Positions 1-15,844 of a stretch of 64,000 nt of DNA are shown here, piece after piece (position 1 is the first letter of the stretch; every line of letters starts with the position of its first letter). The DNA lies in NCBI RefSeq assembly GCF_009914755.1, contig NC_060929.1; one strand, 5' to 3'. Source of the stretch: the human T2T-CHM13v2.0 reference genome, Homo sapiens. The translations under genes and the position numbers were made by a program. The notes below the pieces were generated by a model. The model searched no databases. It was not told the DNA's origin and saw only the letters and a program-made list of their open reading frames with translations.

Positions 1-278
1 CCTGGAATGGTAACTTCTTCTTGCTTTTTGGGACTTTGGCTCAGAGCCAAGGTCATTGTGCAAGAAAAGGGTGAAATGGTTGGATTTAGGCTGTATCTTG
101 TGTCAGTCATTTTTGCAAATGCAGCATTTTGACCAAAATGCAGCCACATGGCTCTAGGAAATGCTGGTTTGCAAACACACTTGGTGTGGTTTGCTGTTTT
201 GTTTTTTCTCCCCCAATTAAGGTTTCTTGATCAGCTTGTCTTTAGAACACTTGTAAAAGTGTTCTAAGGTAGAATTCT

Positions 279-591
<313 letters not shown>

Positions 592-1914
592 TTAACCTGT
601 GGCAAATAATCAACAATACTCCTCATTTTAAGTTTGAAGAAGATATGCTAGGCACCAAAAAGAAATTGCATCTGAATATGATAGAATCATCACATTCCTT
701 GACCAGAAGAGACCTTGGTTCTTTCTTCCTTGTCCCTATCTTCTTGACAAAGACCCACTGAAAACATCTTCAGAAAAGACATAACATTAAAAAAAAATCC
801 TTAAAGAGAGCCCAACTTTTCCTTATTATTAATTCTAGTGTTTAGCAACTTGGATTGTATTTAAATAACAGAAAAAAGCAGTTGTTGACAAGGTTGATCC
901 AACTCTGTAACCATATTCCTCTTTGTTTTGGCCAAAATATAGCCAGTTTAATTGATTTTGTAGACATCAGCTATTCAGATGGAAGAAGATACCAGAATGG
1001 GTTATGTGGTACTCAGGTCACAGTGAAAGACCTAACCTCATTATCAGTAACTTCATCCTTTACCTAATCTCAATCATGGAAGGTGTGATTCAAGTAAACT
1101 TCCTCTGAAGCTGCCCTAAAAGGAGGTAGAAATAGCTTTTTGCCATTTACTGTGCAGGGAACCTCCATGTATACTGGAAGATAAGGACAAGAAACTTTGG
1201 ATCTTTAGAATAAATCATCAGAGGCTCCTTTGCTGCTCAAGTCATTCAAATGACCTAAAGTTGTTCATTAAATGAAATAATGCTTGTAAACAATTGAGGA
1301 CAAAGCCCTACAGTCCTAAGGGCTTAGTAAAAGTTAACTGTTATTCTTATTTAGAGAGACTGGTCCCAGAGCTTTAACATCAGCCCTCCACTGTCTCAAT
1401 CCCTGCCACACAGAAAAGGACAAAGGAAGGTGATAGAACAAGACCCAGGGAAAGGGAGGGGAACAAAGCCATTGGCCTAACCATTCCTGCTGAACAACTG
1501 TCATTACTTTAGGGAAGAGGAATTCTTAGTCACTACCCAAACCTCTCTGTGTGATAGCTGCAATCTTGTTTCCATTTTATTTAGCCATTTAGTAAGCTAT
1601 TTCCTATATATCCACAGTTGACTGCATCATTCTCAAATCCTCTTGTTTGAAGGCCCAGTTTAAGACCCTTTCCATTACCGTCTGCAGCAGAAGTGTCTGA
1701 CTCCAGATGGCCTCTACCATCTGAATGAAGGGCTAGTTTTGGTTGGGTCCAGCAGATCCCTAAAGTACTTGATCACATGAAATGAAGTGACAACCCCACA
1801 CTAGTGATCTAAACAGGGCAGTGGCATTGTCTCTGTCAGAGCTGGTGAAAGATGCTACTCTTGGAAAAAATTCTTGCCAATAGACTCCTGTTGGCAGTCT
1901 TTTGCATTTATTCA

Positions 1915-2065
1915 TGCATATGAGTCATAAAGATCATCGAAATTCTCCAGGGTCCTTTTAAAAAAATATAATTTCCTTTGCACTGCCACCTGATATTTTG
2001 ATTAAGTTTGACGTAGGACCCAGGAATATGTCTTAAAAGCTTTGTAGGTGATTCTAGGAGACTTT
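1915..2065. mobile_element. MER5-like (hAT-Charlie) DNA transposon fragment
   Basis: Degenerate match to recalled MER5 motifs (...GACCCAGGAATATG...GTAGGTGATTCT); boundaries approximate. Confidence 0.45.
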
Positions 2066-2298
2066 GATCTAAATAATTGAGCCTTTCCAAAGAAATGATT
2101 TCCAAAGAAATGATTTATCCTAAGTGAATGGGGAAGCTCTTTGAGCTTTCATAGTTTGCTCACTATGAGCTTTGGAGCTTTGGAGGGCTCTGATTTAGTT
2201 ATAATATTAGCCTTTTTGAATTAGTTGTGTCTGCTGTGGAGTTCATGAGCCACACCCAGTTCTTAATTGGGATTTCAAGGTAGGATGAGCTCAAAGTC

Positions 2299-5030
2299 TT
2301 TTTTTTTTTTTTTTTAACTTTTACTTTAAGTTCAGAGGTACAAGTGCAGGTTTGTTATATAGGTAAACTTGTGCCATGGGGTTTGTTGTACAGATTATTT
2401 CATCACCCAGGTATTAAACCTAGTTCCCATTAGTTATTTTTCCTGATTCTTTCCCTCCTCCCCACTCTGAAGGCCACAGTGTGTTGTTCCCCTCTATATG
2501 TCCATGTATCCTCATCATTTAGCTCCTACTTACAAGTGACAACATGTGGTATTTGGTTTTCTGTTCCTGTGTTAGTTTGCTAAGGGTAATGGCCTCCAGC
2601 TCCATCCATGTCCCTGCACAGGGCATCATCTCATTCTTTTTTATGGCTGCATAGTATTCCATGGTGTATATGTACCACATTTTGTTTATCTAGTCTATCA
2701 TTGATGGGCATTTAGGTTGATTCCATGTTTTTGCTCTTGCAAATAGTGTTGCAATGAACATATGCATGCATGCATCTTTATAATAGAATGATTTATATTC
2801 CTCTGGGTATATACTCAGTAATGGGATTGCTGGGCCAAATGGTATTTCTGTCTTTAGTCTTTAAGGAATCACCACACTGTCTTCCATAATGGTTGAACTA
2901 ATTTACACTCCCACCAACAGTGAGTAAGTATTCATTTTTCTCTACAACCTTACCATCATCTGTTATTTTTTGACTTTTTAACAATAGCCATTCTGACTGG
3001 TGTGAGATGGTATCTCCTTGTGGTTTTGATTTGCATTTCTCTAATGATCAGTAATTTGAGCTTTTTCATGTAATTGTTGGGCACATGTATGTCTTCTTTA
3101 GAGAAGTGTCTGTTCATGTCCTTTGCCCACTTTTTAATGGGGTTTGTTTTTTCTTGTAAATTTGTTTAAGTTCCTTATAGATGCTAGATATTAGACCTTT
3201 GTCAGATGCATAGTTTGCAAATATTTTCTCCCATTCTGTAGGTTGTCTTTTTACTCTGTTGATAGTTTCTTTTGTGCAGAAGCTCTTTAATTTAATTGGA
3301 TCCCATTTGTCTATTTTTGTTTTTGTTGCAATTGCTTTTAGTGTCTTTTATCATGAAATCTTTGCCCGTGCCTATGTCCTGAATGGTATTGCCAAGGTTG
3401 TCTTCTGGGATTTTCATAGTTTTTGGTTTTACATTGAAGTCTTTAATCCATCTTGAGTTAATTTTTGTATGTGGTGTAAGGAAGGGGTCCAGTTTCAATC
3501 TTCTGCATATGGCTAGTCAGTTTTCCCAGCGCTATTTATTGGATAGGGAATCCTTTCACCATTGCTTGTTTCTGTCAAGTTTGTCAAAGATCAGATGGTT
3601 GTAGGTGTGTGGTCTTATTTCTGGGTTCTCTATTCTGCTCCACTGGTCTAGGTAACTGTTTTTGTACCAGTACCATGCTTTTTTGGTTACTGTAGCCCTG
3701 TAGTATAGTTTGAAGTTGGGTAGTGTGATGCCTCCAGCTTTGTTCCTTTTGCTTAGGATTGCCTTGGCTATTCCAGTTCTTTTTTGGTTCCATATGAATT
3801 TTTAAGTGTTTTTGATATTTCTGTGAAGAATGGTCAATTGTAGTTTAATAGGAATAGTGTTGGATCTATAAATTGCTTTGGGCAGTATGGCCATTTTCAC
3901 GATATTGATTTTTCCTATCCATGAGCATGGAATGTTTTGGCATTTGCTTCTTTCATCTCTGATTTGTTTGAGCAGTGGTTTGTAGTTCTCCTTGTAGAGA
4001 TCTTTCACCTCCCTAGTGAGCTGTATTCCTAGGTATTTTATTCTTTTTGTGGCAATTGTGAATGAGACTTAGTTCCTGATTTGGCTCTTGGCCGGACTGT
4101 TGTTGGTGTATAGGAGTGCTAGTGATTTTTGGACATTAATTTTGTATCCTGAGACTTTTCTGAAGTTATTTATCAGTTTAAGAAGCTTTTGGGCTGAAAC
4201 AATGGGGTTTTCTAGATACAGGATTATGTTGTCTGCAAACAAGGAGAGTTTGACTTCCTCTCTTCCTGTTTGGATGCCCTTTAATTTCTTTCTCTTGCCT
4301 GACTCCTCTGGCCAGGACTTCCAATATTATGTTGAATAAGAGTGGTGAGAGAGGGCATCTTTGTCTTGTGTTGATTTTCAAGGGGAATGCTTCCAACTTT
4401 TGCCTATTCAGTATGATATTGGCTGTGGGTTTGTCATATATGGATCTTATTATTTTGAGGTATATTCCTTCAGTACCTAGTTTATTGAGAGTTTTTAACA
4501 TGAATGGATGCTGAACTTTATCAAAAGGTTTTTCTGCATCTATTAAGATAATTGTGTAGTTTTTGTCTTTAGTTCTGTTTATATGATGAATCACGTTTAT
4601 TGATTTGCATGCATTGAAACAAACTTGCATCCCAAGGATGAAGCCTACTTGATCATGGTTGATAAGCTTTTTGATGTGCTGCTAGATTTGGTTTACCAGT
4701 ATTTTGTTGAGGATTTTTGCATCGATGTTCATCAAGGATATTCGCCTGAAGTTTTCTTTTTTTGTTATATCTCTGCCAGGTTTTGGTATCAGGATGATAA
4801 TGCTGGCCTCATAGAATGAGTTAGAAAGGAGTCCCTCCTCCTCAATTTTTTGGAATAGTTTCAGTAGGAATGGTACCAACTCTTCTATGTATATCTGGTA
4901 GAATTCAGCTGTGACCCCTTCTGGTCCTGGCCTGTTTTGGGTTGGTAGGCTATTTATGACTGCCTTAATTTCAGAATTCGTTATTGATCTGTTCAGGGAT
5001 TCAGTTTCTTCCTTGTTCAGTGTTGGGATG
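2299..5030 (-). mobile_element. 5'-truncated older primate LINE-1 (L1PA13-16-like), 3' ~2.7 kb, ORF2 fragmented
   Basis: Poly(T) at 2299, L1 3'UTR, and - strand ORF2p fragments ([42 protein letters not shown]); diverged TSD-like flanks gagctcaaagtctt / gtgctcaggctctt. Confidence 0.95.
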
Positions 5031-5667
5031 GTGCTCAGGCTCTTCTTAAGTTATCTTCAGTTTCTGAGCCCTGGGCTAGTGGAATGTGTGAGGGCTAGCA
5101 ATGCCTGATTAGCTGATCTTCCCAGGTACCCTGCTGCAGGTTTAGCCTCTTTCTTGCCACAGTACTGCACAGGCCTGGAAGTATGTCAGTGGCCTTAGTC
5201 TTATTTTCCCGCATCTGGCTTGAGTCCTACCACACACAGGTTGTATTTGGTGTATTAGATGTGAGTGCTGTGTGACTCTGTTGGAGCCTCTCCTTCCTTC
5301 CCCTGACATGCTAGCTTCTGCCTCAGTTTACCAGCATAATGTTCCAGTTTTTCACTGGATCTGTGGTCTGTCTTGAGCCTTAGCCCACAACTTTTAGCCC
5401 ACTGACTTACTGCCTGGTTCTTGCCCCTTCTTGCCTATGGCCTGCTCTCTGGACTCTCTACCACTGACTGTTCCTATAGCACATGGAGTGGAGTATACTG
5501 TGTTGCCAGCAGCCAGCTCTGGATTTAAACTGCCTAGGTTGGAAGCTGGCTTGTGCACTCTCTACCTGGGTGGGCTTGGGCAAGTGACATAACCACACCA
5601 TAATTTCTTCATCTTATCTTCTTCATTTTTCTTACCTTAGTTTCTTCATCTGTAAGGCAAAGAAGTA

Positions 5668-6285
5668 TAGTAATCCCTCAGTATCTGTTGGGGGTTGGTT
5701 CCAGGATCCCCCTTAGATACCAAAGTCTGAGGATGCTCAAGTCTTTTATATAAAATTATGAGGTATTTGCATATAGCCTACACATATCTTACATACTTAT
5801 TAATCTCTAAATTGCTATGTAAATAATTGTTATACTATATATATTATGTACAACATATATGAAATATAAATAAATAAATATGTGTGTGTGTGTATATATA
5901 TATGTATTTTAAGAGACAGGGTCTCAATGTTGCCCAGACTAGAATGCAGTGATGTGATCATAACTCACTGTAATTTCAAACTCCTGGGCTCAAGCAGTTC
6001 TTCTGCCTCAGCCATTGGGACCATAGGCACACATCACACCTGGCTAATTTTTAAAATTTTTGTAGAGACAGAGTCTTGCTTTGTTGCCCAGGATGGTCTT
6101 AAACTCCTGGCCTCAAGTGATCCTTCTGCCTTGGCCAAAGTGCTAGGATTACAGGCATCAGCCACTGTGCCTGGCCATTTGTTTTATTTGTATTTTGTTT
6201 ACTGTATTTATGTATTTATTTTTGAATATTTTCTAGGTTGGTTGAATCTGAGTATGAGGAACCCCTGGATATGGAAGGCTGACTA
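5668..6285 (+). mobile_element. MER2 (TcMar-Tigger) non-autonomous DNA transposon, interrupted by an Alu
   Basis: 5' end CCCTCAGTATCTGTTGGGGGTTGGTTCCAGGA...GGATGCTCAAGTC and 3' end GGTTGGTTGAATC...GGATATGGAAGGCTGACT match recalled MER2 termini. Confidence 0.8.
5907..6176 (-). mobile_element. AluJ-like SINE with tail decayed to (TA/TG)n
   Basis: GAGACAGGGTCTC...CCTGGCC on the + strand is a reverse Alu; carries a private 4-bp deletion (TTGGCC^AAAG). Confidence 0.93.
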
Positions 6286-6557
6286 TAATAGTATTTACCT
6301 TACAGAATTGTAAGAATTAAATGAGACAACACATGTGAGATATGTAGAAAGTGCTCAATAAGTATAAGCCTCTCTCACTGTAAATATTACTGGCTTCCCA
6401 TCAGTCATGAAACCATTGCCTGCTTGCTTACAAATTTTACGTATGTTACCTGCCACATAGAGGAGTTCACCACATTCTTTGGACATCATCCATTGTGCTT
6501 CTCAGCACAACAGTTCCCAGCTGCCTGTCTTCCCGATTCTCCCACCACCTGTACTAT

Positions 6558-7612
6558 TGTTGTAGGACTTTTTCTTGATCCCTTTGTCAGACTTGTGACA
6601 GAAGTGCCTCATTTATTTGACCCACCGCACAGACAAATGGCCAGGCATGGTGGCTCATGCCTGTAATCCTAGCGCTTTGGCCAAGGTGGAAACATCACTT
6701 GAGGCCAGGAGTTCAAGACCAGCCTGAGCAACCAAGCGAGACTCCATCTTTACAAAAAATTTTAACATCTTGTGGGAAGGAGTGTGTAAGCGAGTGAATG
6801 TGGGATCTGTCCAGCTGCTTTGGGCACCAGCAGGAGCAGGCTTCATGCCATCCCTGCAGCCAGACCAGGTGTGAGCGAATGAGTGCAGGATATGGCTGGC
6901 TGCTTTGGGCACTGGCAGGAGCAGGCTTTGTGTGAGCCCTGTGGCACCCAGGTTGGGGTGCCTACAACCCTGGAAGCCTGAGGGGGTGTGTTGTAATGCT
7001 CTCTTAGCTCTGCTGTCTGTGGACAGTGGTGTGTTATCAGCTCACTGGATCCCTTCCCTTGTTGTGTGGGGTGGCTGCCCTCCTCCAGGGAGGGCAAAGG
7101 GCCAGTGTGACAGCCTTTTTTGGGTGCTCATACTTGGTGGGTCCTGAGCTCTTGTCTGGCATCCAAGAAGAATGAAGTCACTTGGAGGATGGTGGAGGCA
7201 GAGAATTTTATTTAGCGATGGAGTGACTTTCAGTGTAGAAGGGAGCAGGAGAGGGGACAGGACGGGCAGATAATCTTCCCTGAAGTCTGTCTGGCTCTGG
7301 CTGGCTCTTCTCCGAAGTTAAGCCCTCTCTCCTCCAAAGTCCAGCCGTCCCTCTGAAGTCAAGTCACCTCCAGTCGAGCCAGTTCTCTCCCCTACTAACT
7401 GAGTCTGGGGTCTTTATAGGCACAGGATGGGGGGCAATACTTGTTTGGTAAAAAGACAATATTCAGAAATAACCAATCAGGAGAGAGCAGGCAAATAGGG
7501 ATAGAAATTCTCACTTTGGGCCGTGGGTTTCAGGAATTTTGGCTCGAAGGTGGAGTTTTGCCAGGGACCCGCCCCTGCCTGCCTAGCATTTCTCTGCCTC
7601 CGGCCTCTATCA
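6558..7612 (-). mobile_element. ERV1 solo LTR (MER52/LTR1-related family)
   Basis: TG...CA termini; - strand start TGATAGAGGCCGGAGGCAGAGAAATGCTAGGCAG...GGGTCCCTGGCAAAAC; 4-bp TSD-like flanks CTAT (6554-6557) / CTGT (7613-7616). Confidence 0.8.
6633..6765 (+). mobile_element. Alu left-arm copy inside the LTR (apparent inverted duplicate of 6051-6182)
   Basis: Shares the 4-bp deletion, CCTAG variant and ACAAAT flank with the Alu at 5907-6176; no TSD or poly(A) tail seen. Confidence 0.85.
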
Positions 7613-8388
7613 CTGTTATCAGCTATTTTGTGATGAACCTCTTGCCTAACCAGCATTGTTTATGACTATTTGTTCTCTCTAGTTTTCTTGGGGTTTTTTT
7701 TTTTTTTTTGACTAAATTGTCTAAGTTCCTTCAACTTCATAGGCTTATTTTCCATTCATTCAACATCTTATTGCCTCCAGTTTAAACCTTTTCCTAATCC
7801 TTTTCTCATTTAGTTGCTTAAGAAAATGAATAAGATCTCAAGAAACTGCCAATCTATTATGGGAGGCTTAATGAGAGGCTGCTCTTTTTGCAGTGGTGGA
7901 GATAAGAAAATAACTATGGGACAAGAAGAGAAAGAGTATTGCTATTAATTAGTACCTATTAATATTTTGTTCCATGCACTGATCTAAGGGTTTAGGAGAA
8001 TATCAGTAAATAAAATGGATAAAGATTCATGTCATAGAAATTCTGTCAAAGGTGGATACAAAATCAATAGTTGTTTTTTAATAAAAAATATTTTTATTAA
8101 AATTTGGAGGGCAGAAATATTTTCAGATATGTTAATGATTAAACATATTATCAAGGATGGGAATTATAACTCTTTTTTAAATTATTATACTTTAAGTTTT
8201 AGGGTACATGTGCACAATGTGCAGGTTAGTTACATATGTATACATGTGCCATGCTGGTGTGCTGCACCCATTAACTCGTCATCTAGCATTAGGTATATCT
8301 CCCAATGCTATCCCTCCCCCCTCCCCCCACCCCACAACAGTCCCCAGAGTGTGATGTTCCCCTTCCTGTGTCCATGTGTTCTCATTGT

Positions 8389-12251
<3,863 letters not shown>

Positions 12252-12299
12252 TTATTTTGCTCATTAGTTGATGCAGTTTCTTCCTAGTCTCGATGGTCT

Positions 12300-13316
12300 T
12301 TACATTTTGGCATGATTTTGCAGCGGCTGGTGCCAGTTGTTCCTTTCCATGTTTAGCACTTCCTTCAGGAGCTCTTTTAGGGCGGGCCTGGTGGTGACAA
12401 AATCTCTCAGCATTTGCTTGTCTGTAAAGTATTTTATTTCTCCTTCACTTATGAAGCTTAGTTTGGCTGGATATGAAATTCTGGGTTGAAAATTCTTTTC
12501 TTTAAGAATGTTGAATACTGGCCCCCACTCTCTTCTGGCTTGTAGAGTTTCTGCCGAGAGATCCGCTGTTAGTCTGATGGGCTTCCCTTTGTGGGTAACC
12601 TGACCTTTCTCTCTGGCTGCCCTTAACATTTTTTCCTTCATTTCAACTTTGGTGAATCTGACAATTATGTGTCTTGGAGTTGCTCTTCTCAAGGAGTATC
12701 TTTGTGGCGTTCTCTGTATTTCCTGAATCTGAATGTTGGTCTGCCTTGTTAGATTGGGGAAGTTCTCCTGGATAATATCCTGCAGAGTGTTTTCCAACTT
12801 GTTTCCATTCTCCCTGTCACTTTCAGGTACACCAATCAGACGTAGATTTGGTCTTTTCACATAGTCCCATATTTCTTGGAGGCTTTGTTCATTTCTTTTT
12901 ATTCTTTTTTCTCTAAACTTCCCTTCTCACTTCATTTCATTCATTTCATCTTCCATTGCTGATACCCTTTCTTCCAGTTGATCGCATCGGCTCCTGAGGC
13001 TTCTGCATTCTTCACGTAGTTCTCGAGCCTTGGTTTTCAGCTCCATCAGCTCCTTTAAGCACTTCTCTGTATTGGTTATTCTAGTTATACATTCTTCTAA
13101 ATTTTTTTCAAAGTTTTCAACTTCTTTGCCTTTGGTTTGAATGTCCTCCCGTAGCTTGGAGTAATTTGATCATCTGAAGCCTTCTTCTCTCAGCTCGTCA
13201 AAGTCATTCTCTGTCCAGCTTTTTTCCATTGCTGGTGAGGAACTGCGTTCCTTTGGAGGAGGAGAGGCCCTCTGCTTTTTAGAGTTTCCAGTTTTTCTGC
13301 TCTGTTTTTTCCCCAT
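12300..13316 (-). pseudogene. L1 ORF1p (RNA-binding chaperone), full 1017-nt span with two premature stops
   Basis: ATG at 13316 (ATGGGGAAAAAACAG); CGA>TGA stops at codon 49 (13170-13172) and codon 130 (12927-12929); RRM/CTD portion (RPNLRLIG...YPAKLS...HAKM) is open. Confidence 0.95.
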
Positions 13317-14221
13317 CTTTGTGGTTTTATCTACTTTTGGTCTTTAATGATGGTGATGTACAGATGGGTTTTTGGTGTGGATGTCCTTTCTGTTTGTTAG
13401 TTTTCCTTCTAACAGACAGGACCCTCAGCTGCAAGTCTGTTGGAGTACCCGGCCGTGTGAGGTGTCAGTCTGCCCCTGCTGGGGGGTGCCTCCCAGTTAG
13501 GCTGCTCGGGGATCAGGGGTCAGGGACCCACTTGAGGAGGCAGTGTGCCTGTTCTCAGATCTCCAGCTGCATTCTGGGAGAACCACTGCTCTCTTCAAAG
13601 CTGTCAGACAGGGACATTTAAGTCTGCAGAGGTTACTGCTGTCTTTTTGTTTGTCTGTGCCCTGCCCCCAGAGGTGGAGCCTACAGAGGCAGGCAGGCCT
13701 CCTTGAGCTGTGGTGGGCTCCACCCAGTTGGAGCTTGCCGGCTGCTTTGTTTACCTAAGCAAGCCTGGGCAATGGCAGGCGCCCCTCCCCCAGCCTTGCT
13801 GCCACCTTGCAGTTGGATCTCAGACTCCTGTGCTAGCAATCAGCGAGACTCCGTGGGCGTAGGACCCTCCAAGCCATGTGCGGGATATAATCTCCTGGTG
13901 CACCGTTTTTTAAGCCCATCGGAAAAGCGCAGTATTTGGGTGGGAGTGACCCGATTTTCCAGGTGCCGTCTGTCACCCCTTTCTTTGACTAGGAAAGGGA
14001 ACTCCCTGACCCCTTGCGCTTTCTGAGTGAGGCAATGCCTCGCCCTGCTTCGGCTTGCGCACGGTGCGTGCACCCACTGACCTGCGCCCACTGTCTGGCA
14101 CTCCCTATTGAGATGAACCCGGTACCTCAGATGGAAATGCAGAAATCACCCGTCTTCTGTGTCGCTCACACTGGGAGCTGTAGACCAGAGCTGTTCCTAT
14201 TTGGCCATCTTGGCTCCTCCC
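13317..14221 (-). promoter_or_regulatory. L1 5'UTR: internal sense promoter plus antisense promoter (ASP) firing on the + strand
   Basis: Complete 5'UTR, YY1 site AAGATGGCC intact, CpG partly retained; promoter activity is assumed from established L1PA biology, not shown here. Confidence 0.75.
13772..14026 (+). CDS. ORF0: L1 antisense ORF0 homolog, 84 aa, open
   Basis: MAGAPPPALLPPCSWISDSCASNQRDSVGVGPS...GVTRFSRC matches the primate L1 ORF0 peptide; ATG context GCAATGG; C-terminus differs from and is longer than the 71-aa L1HS form. Confidence 0.7.
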   Translation: MAGAPPPALLPPCSWISDSCASNQRDSVGVGPSKPCAGYNLLVHRFLSPSEKRSIWVGVTRFSRCRLSPLSLTRKGNSLTPCAF

Positions 14222-15844
14222 AACATGCTTTCTATCGGAATTATAACATTTTTAAACATGCTTGGCAAAAACACAGATGTTATTAGTGATATTTGCATTA
14301 GGAAATAATTATAATAAAGAATAAATGTAATCAGTTTTACCTTGATATAAATTTTACATTTTCCAAAACCAAATTGTGTAATGAAAGCCATTACAATTTT
14401 TTCTTTGTAATCTGGAATCTTACTAGAAAATGTTGATGAGGCTTTGAGACTCGAAGATAAATTGTTTGTTGTGGAATTTACAAATGCTTTTTGGCAGTGA
14501 TCAGTTGTCCTCTAAGAGTGTTTGGCAATCTTTTGGATTCAAAATGTTGGATCTTCACTTGCTAATATTTCTGAGCAGGAGTGGGGGTGATGTTCCCATC
14601 TGTGAAGAGTCAAGAGAGGTGGGAAGGAAGTGTTCTGGCTTGAAGATTGTATCTTCTGCACACCTGTGTGGCAAAGTTGTCTGGTGGGTGGAGGATTTAT
14701 TTGATGAGGGGGCAGCAAATTGAAAGAGGATGCAGAAGCGGTAGAGTAGTTTTCCCTGGGCTTTAAAAATACAAATTATTTGGGGAAGATACCACATCTT
14801 AATTCTTTATAAACTAACGTCTTAATATCATAGGAAAGAAACCACATAAAACTGTGTTTCAAAATGGTTCTATTTTAGTATATTTAAAGTACATGTAAAA
14901 ATGATAAAAAAAAAAGAAAAAAAATAAAGCACCGCTTTTAGAAGAAATCGAGTGGAAATTTAGAAATTCGGAGTGAATGCAAGAAACTGTTATTGAAAAT
15001 CCAGTCTGTGTCTAGCACTTTGCCAAGGCCCCTAGAATAAAAAAGTTGGCTAAGATACATCTCCAGTTCCCAAAAACTCTCCATACATTAGAGAATGGGG
15101 TGACATACAACACCAAATAAATACTGTTCAAGATTGCAGATGGTTTATCAGGATAGATTTCCACAAATTACAGTGGGGGTGGCTGGTTCTGGGAAGTTTT
15201 ATCATCAGGTTTTTTCTCTTGTTTTATTTACCCGTGTGCTTTTCTTGATCTTACAGTTTAATTGTATGTGTGGCTTTTTGTTCAAGTTATCTCAATTTCT
15301 TCTGAGAAGAAATATAGTTTCAAAATCAATCAATAAAGATAATCCTCTGATAAAGTAAGATCTGAATATACAAATCATGGTTACAGTAATCTTACCATTA
15401 TATATAAATTACCTCTCAAACAAATGGGCCATTCAGAAAAAGGCTCAGAGTGAATTAGCTGGAGGGGTTGTCAAGGGTCATAGTTTTTACTGCTTTGAAG
15501 AGATTATCACTGGATGATTTCCTCACATTTATATAACTTCAGTCTCCTGTTCTTTTTACTCTGGCTGAGGTACAAGGAATCAGGAAAGAGAGGGCAACTG
15601 TGAGGAAGGAGCATTCTCCAGGTGGGAAGGTTAGTAAAATTAACCATACAATTACAGAATGGGGAAAATGAGGCCTGCCTAGGTGATTAGGGAAGGAGAT
15701 GGTTACAAACTTGGAGATGTCTAATCTCAGTAAGCAGGTCAAAGAGGTCAGCTTTCACTTAGCAGCTCCAGAGCACAATCAGATGAGTATAGCTAAATGT
15801 TTTCAATTCTAAAAAATCAAGTCAGGGAGAAATTTTGTTTGGGC

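Larger units (their letters stand above)
5510..6385 (+). mobile_element. MIR split by nested MER2 and Alu
   Basis: MIR core motifs (GGCAAGTGAC...AGTTTCTTCATCTGTAA) up to 5667, resuming at ~6286 (ATAGTATTTACCT...AATTAAATGAGA...AAGTGCTCAATA). Confidence 0.7.

Noticed and set aside
2084-2113. 15-bp tandem duplication (similar ones at ~43368-43393 and ~31691-31725)
   Set aside because: Ordinary micro-duplications with no further structure
5882-6313. 143-aa ORF and other Alu-derived ORFs (40830, 47187, 52326, 59046)
   Set aside because: Typical antisense Alu translations (LGSSDPP.., KVLGLQA), not genes
13543-13758. 71-aa + strand ORF in the L1 5'UTR, same length as ORF0
   Set aside because: Non-ATG start and the sequence is not ORF0; the true homolog starts MAGAPPP at 13772
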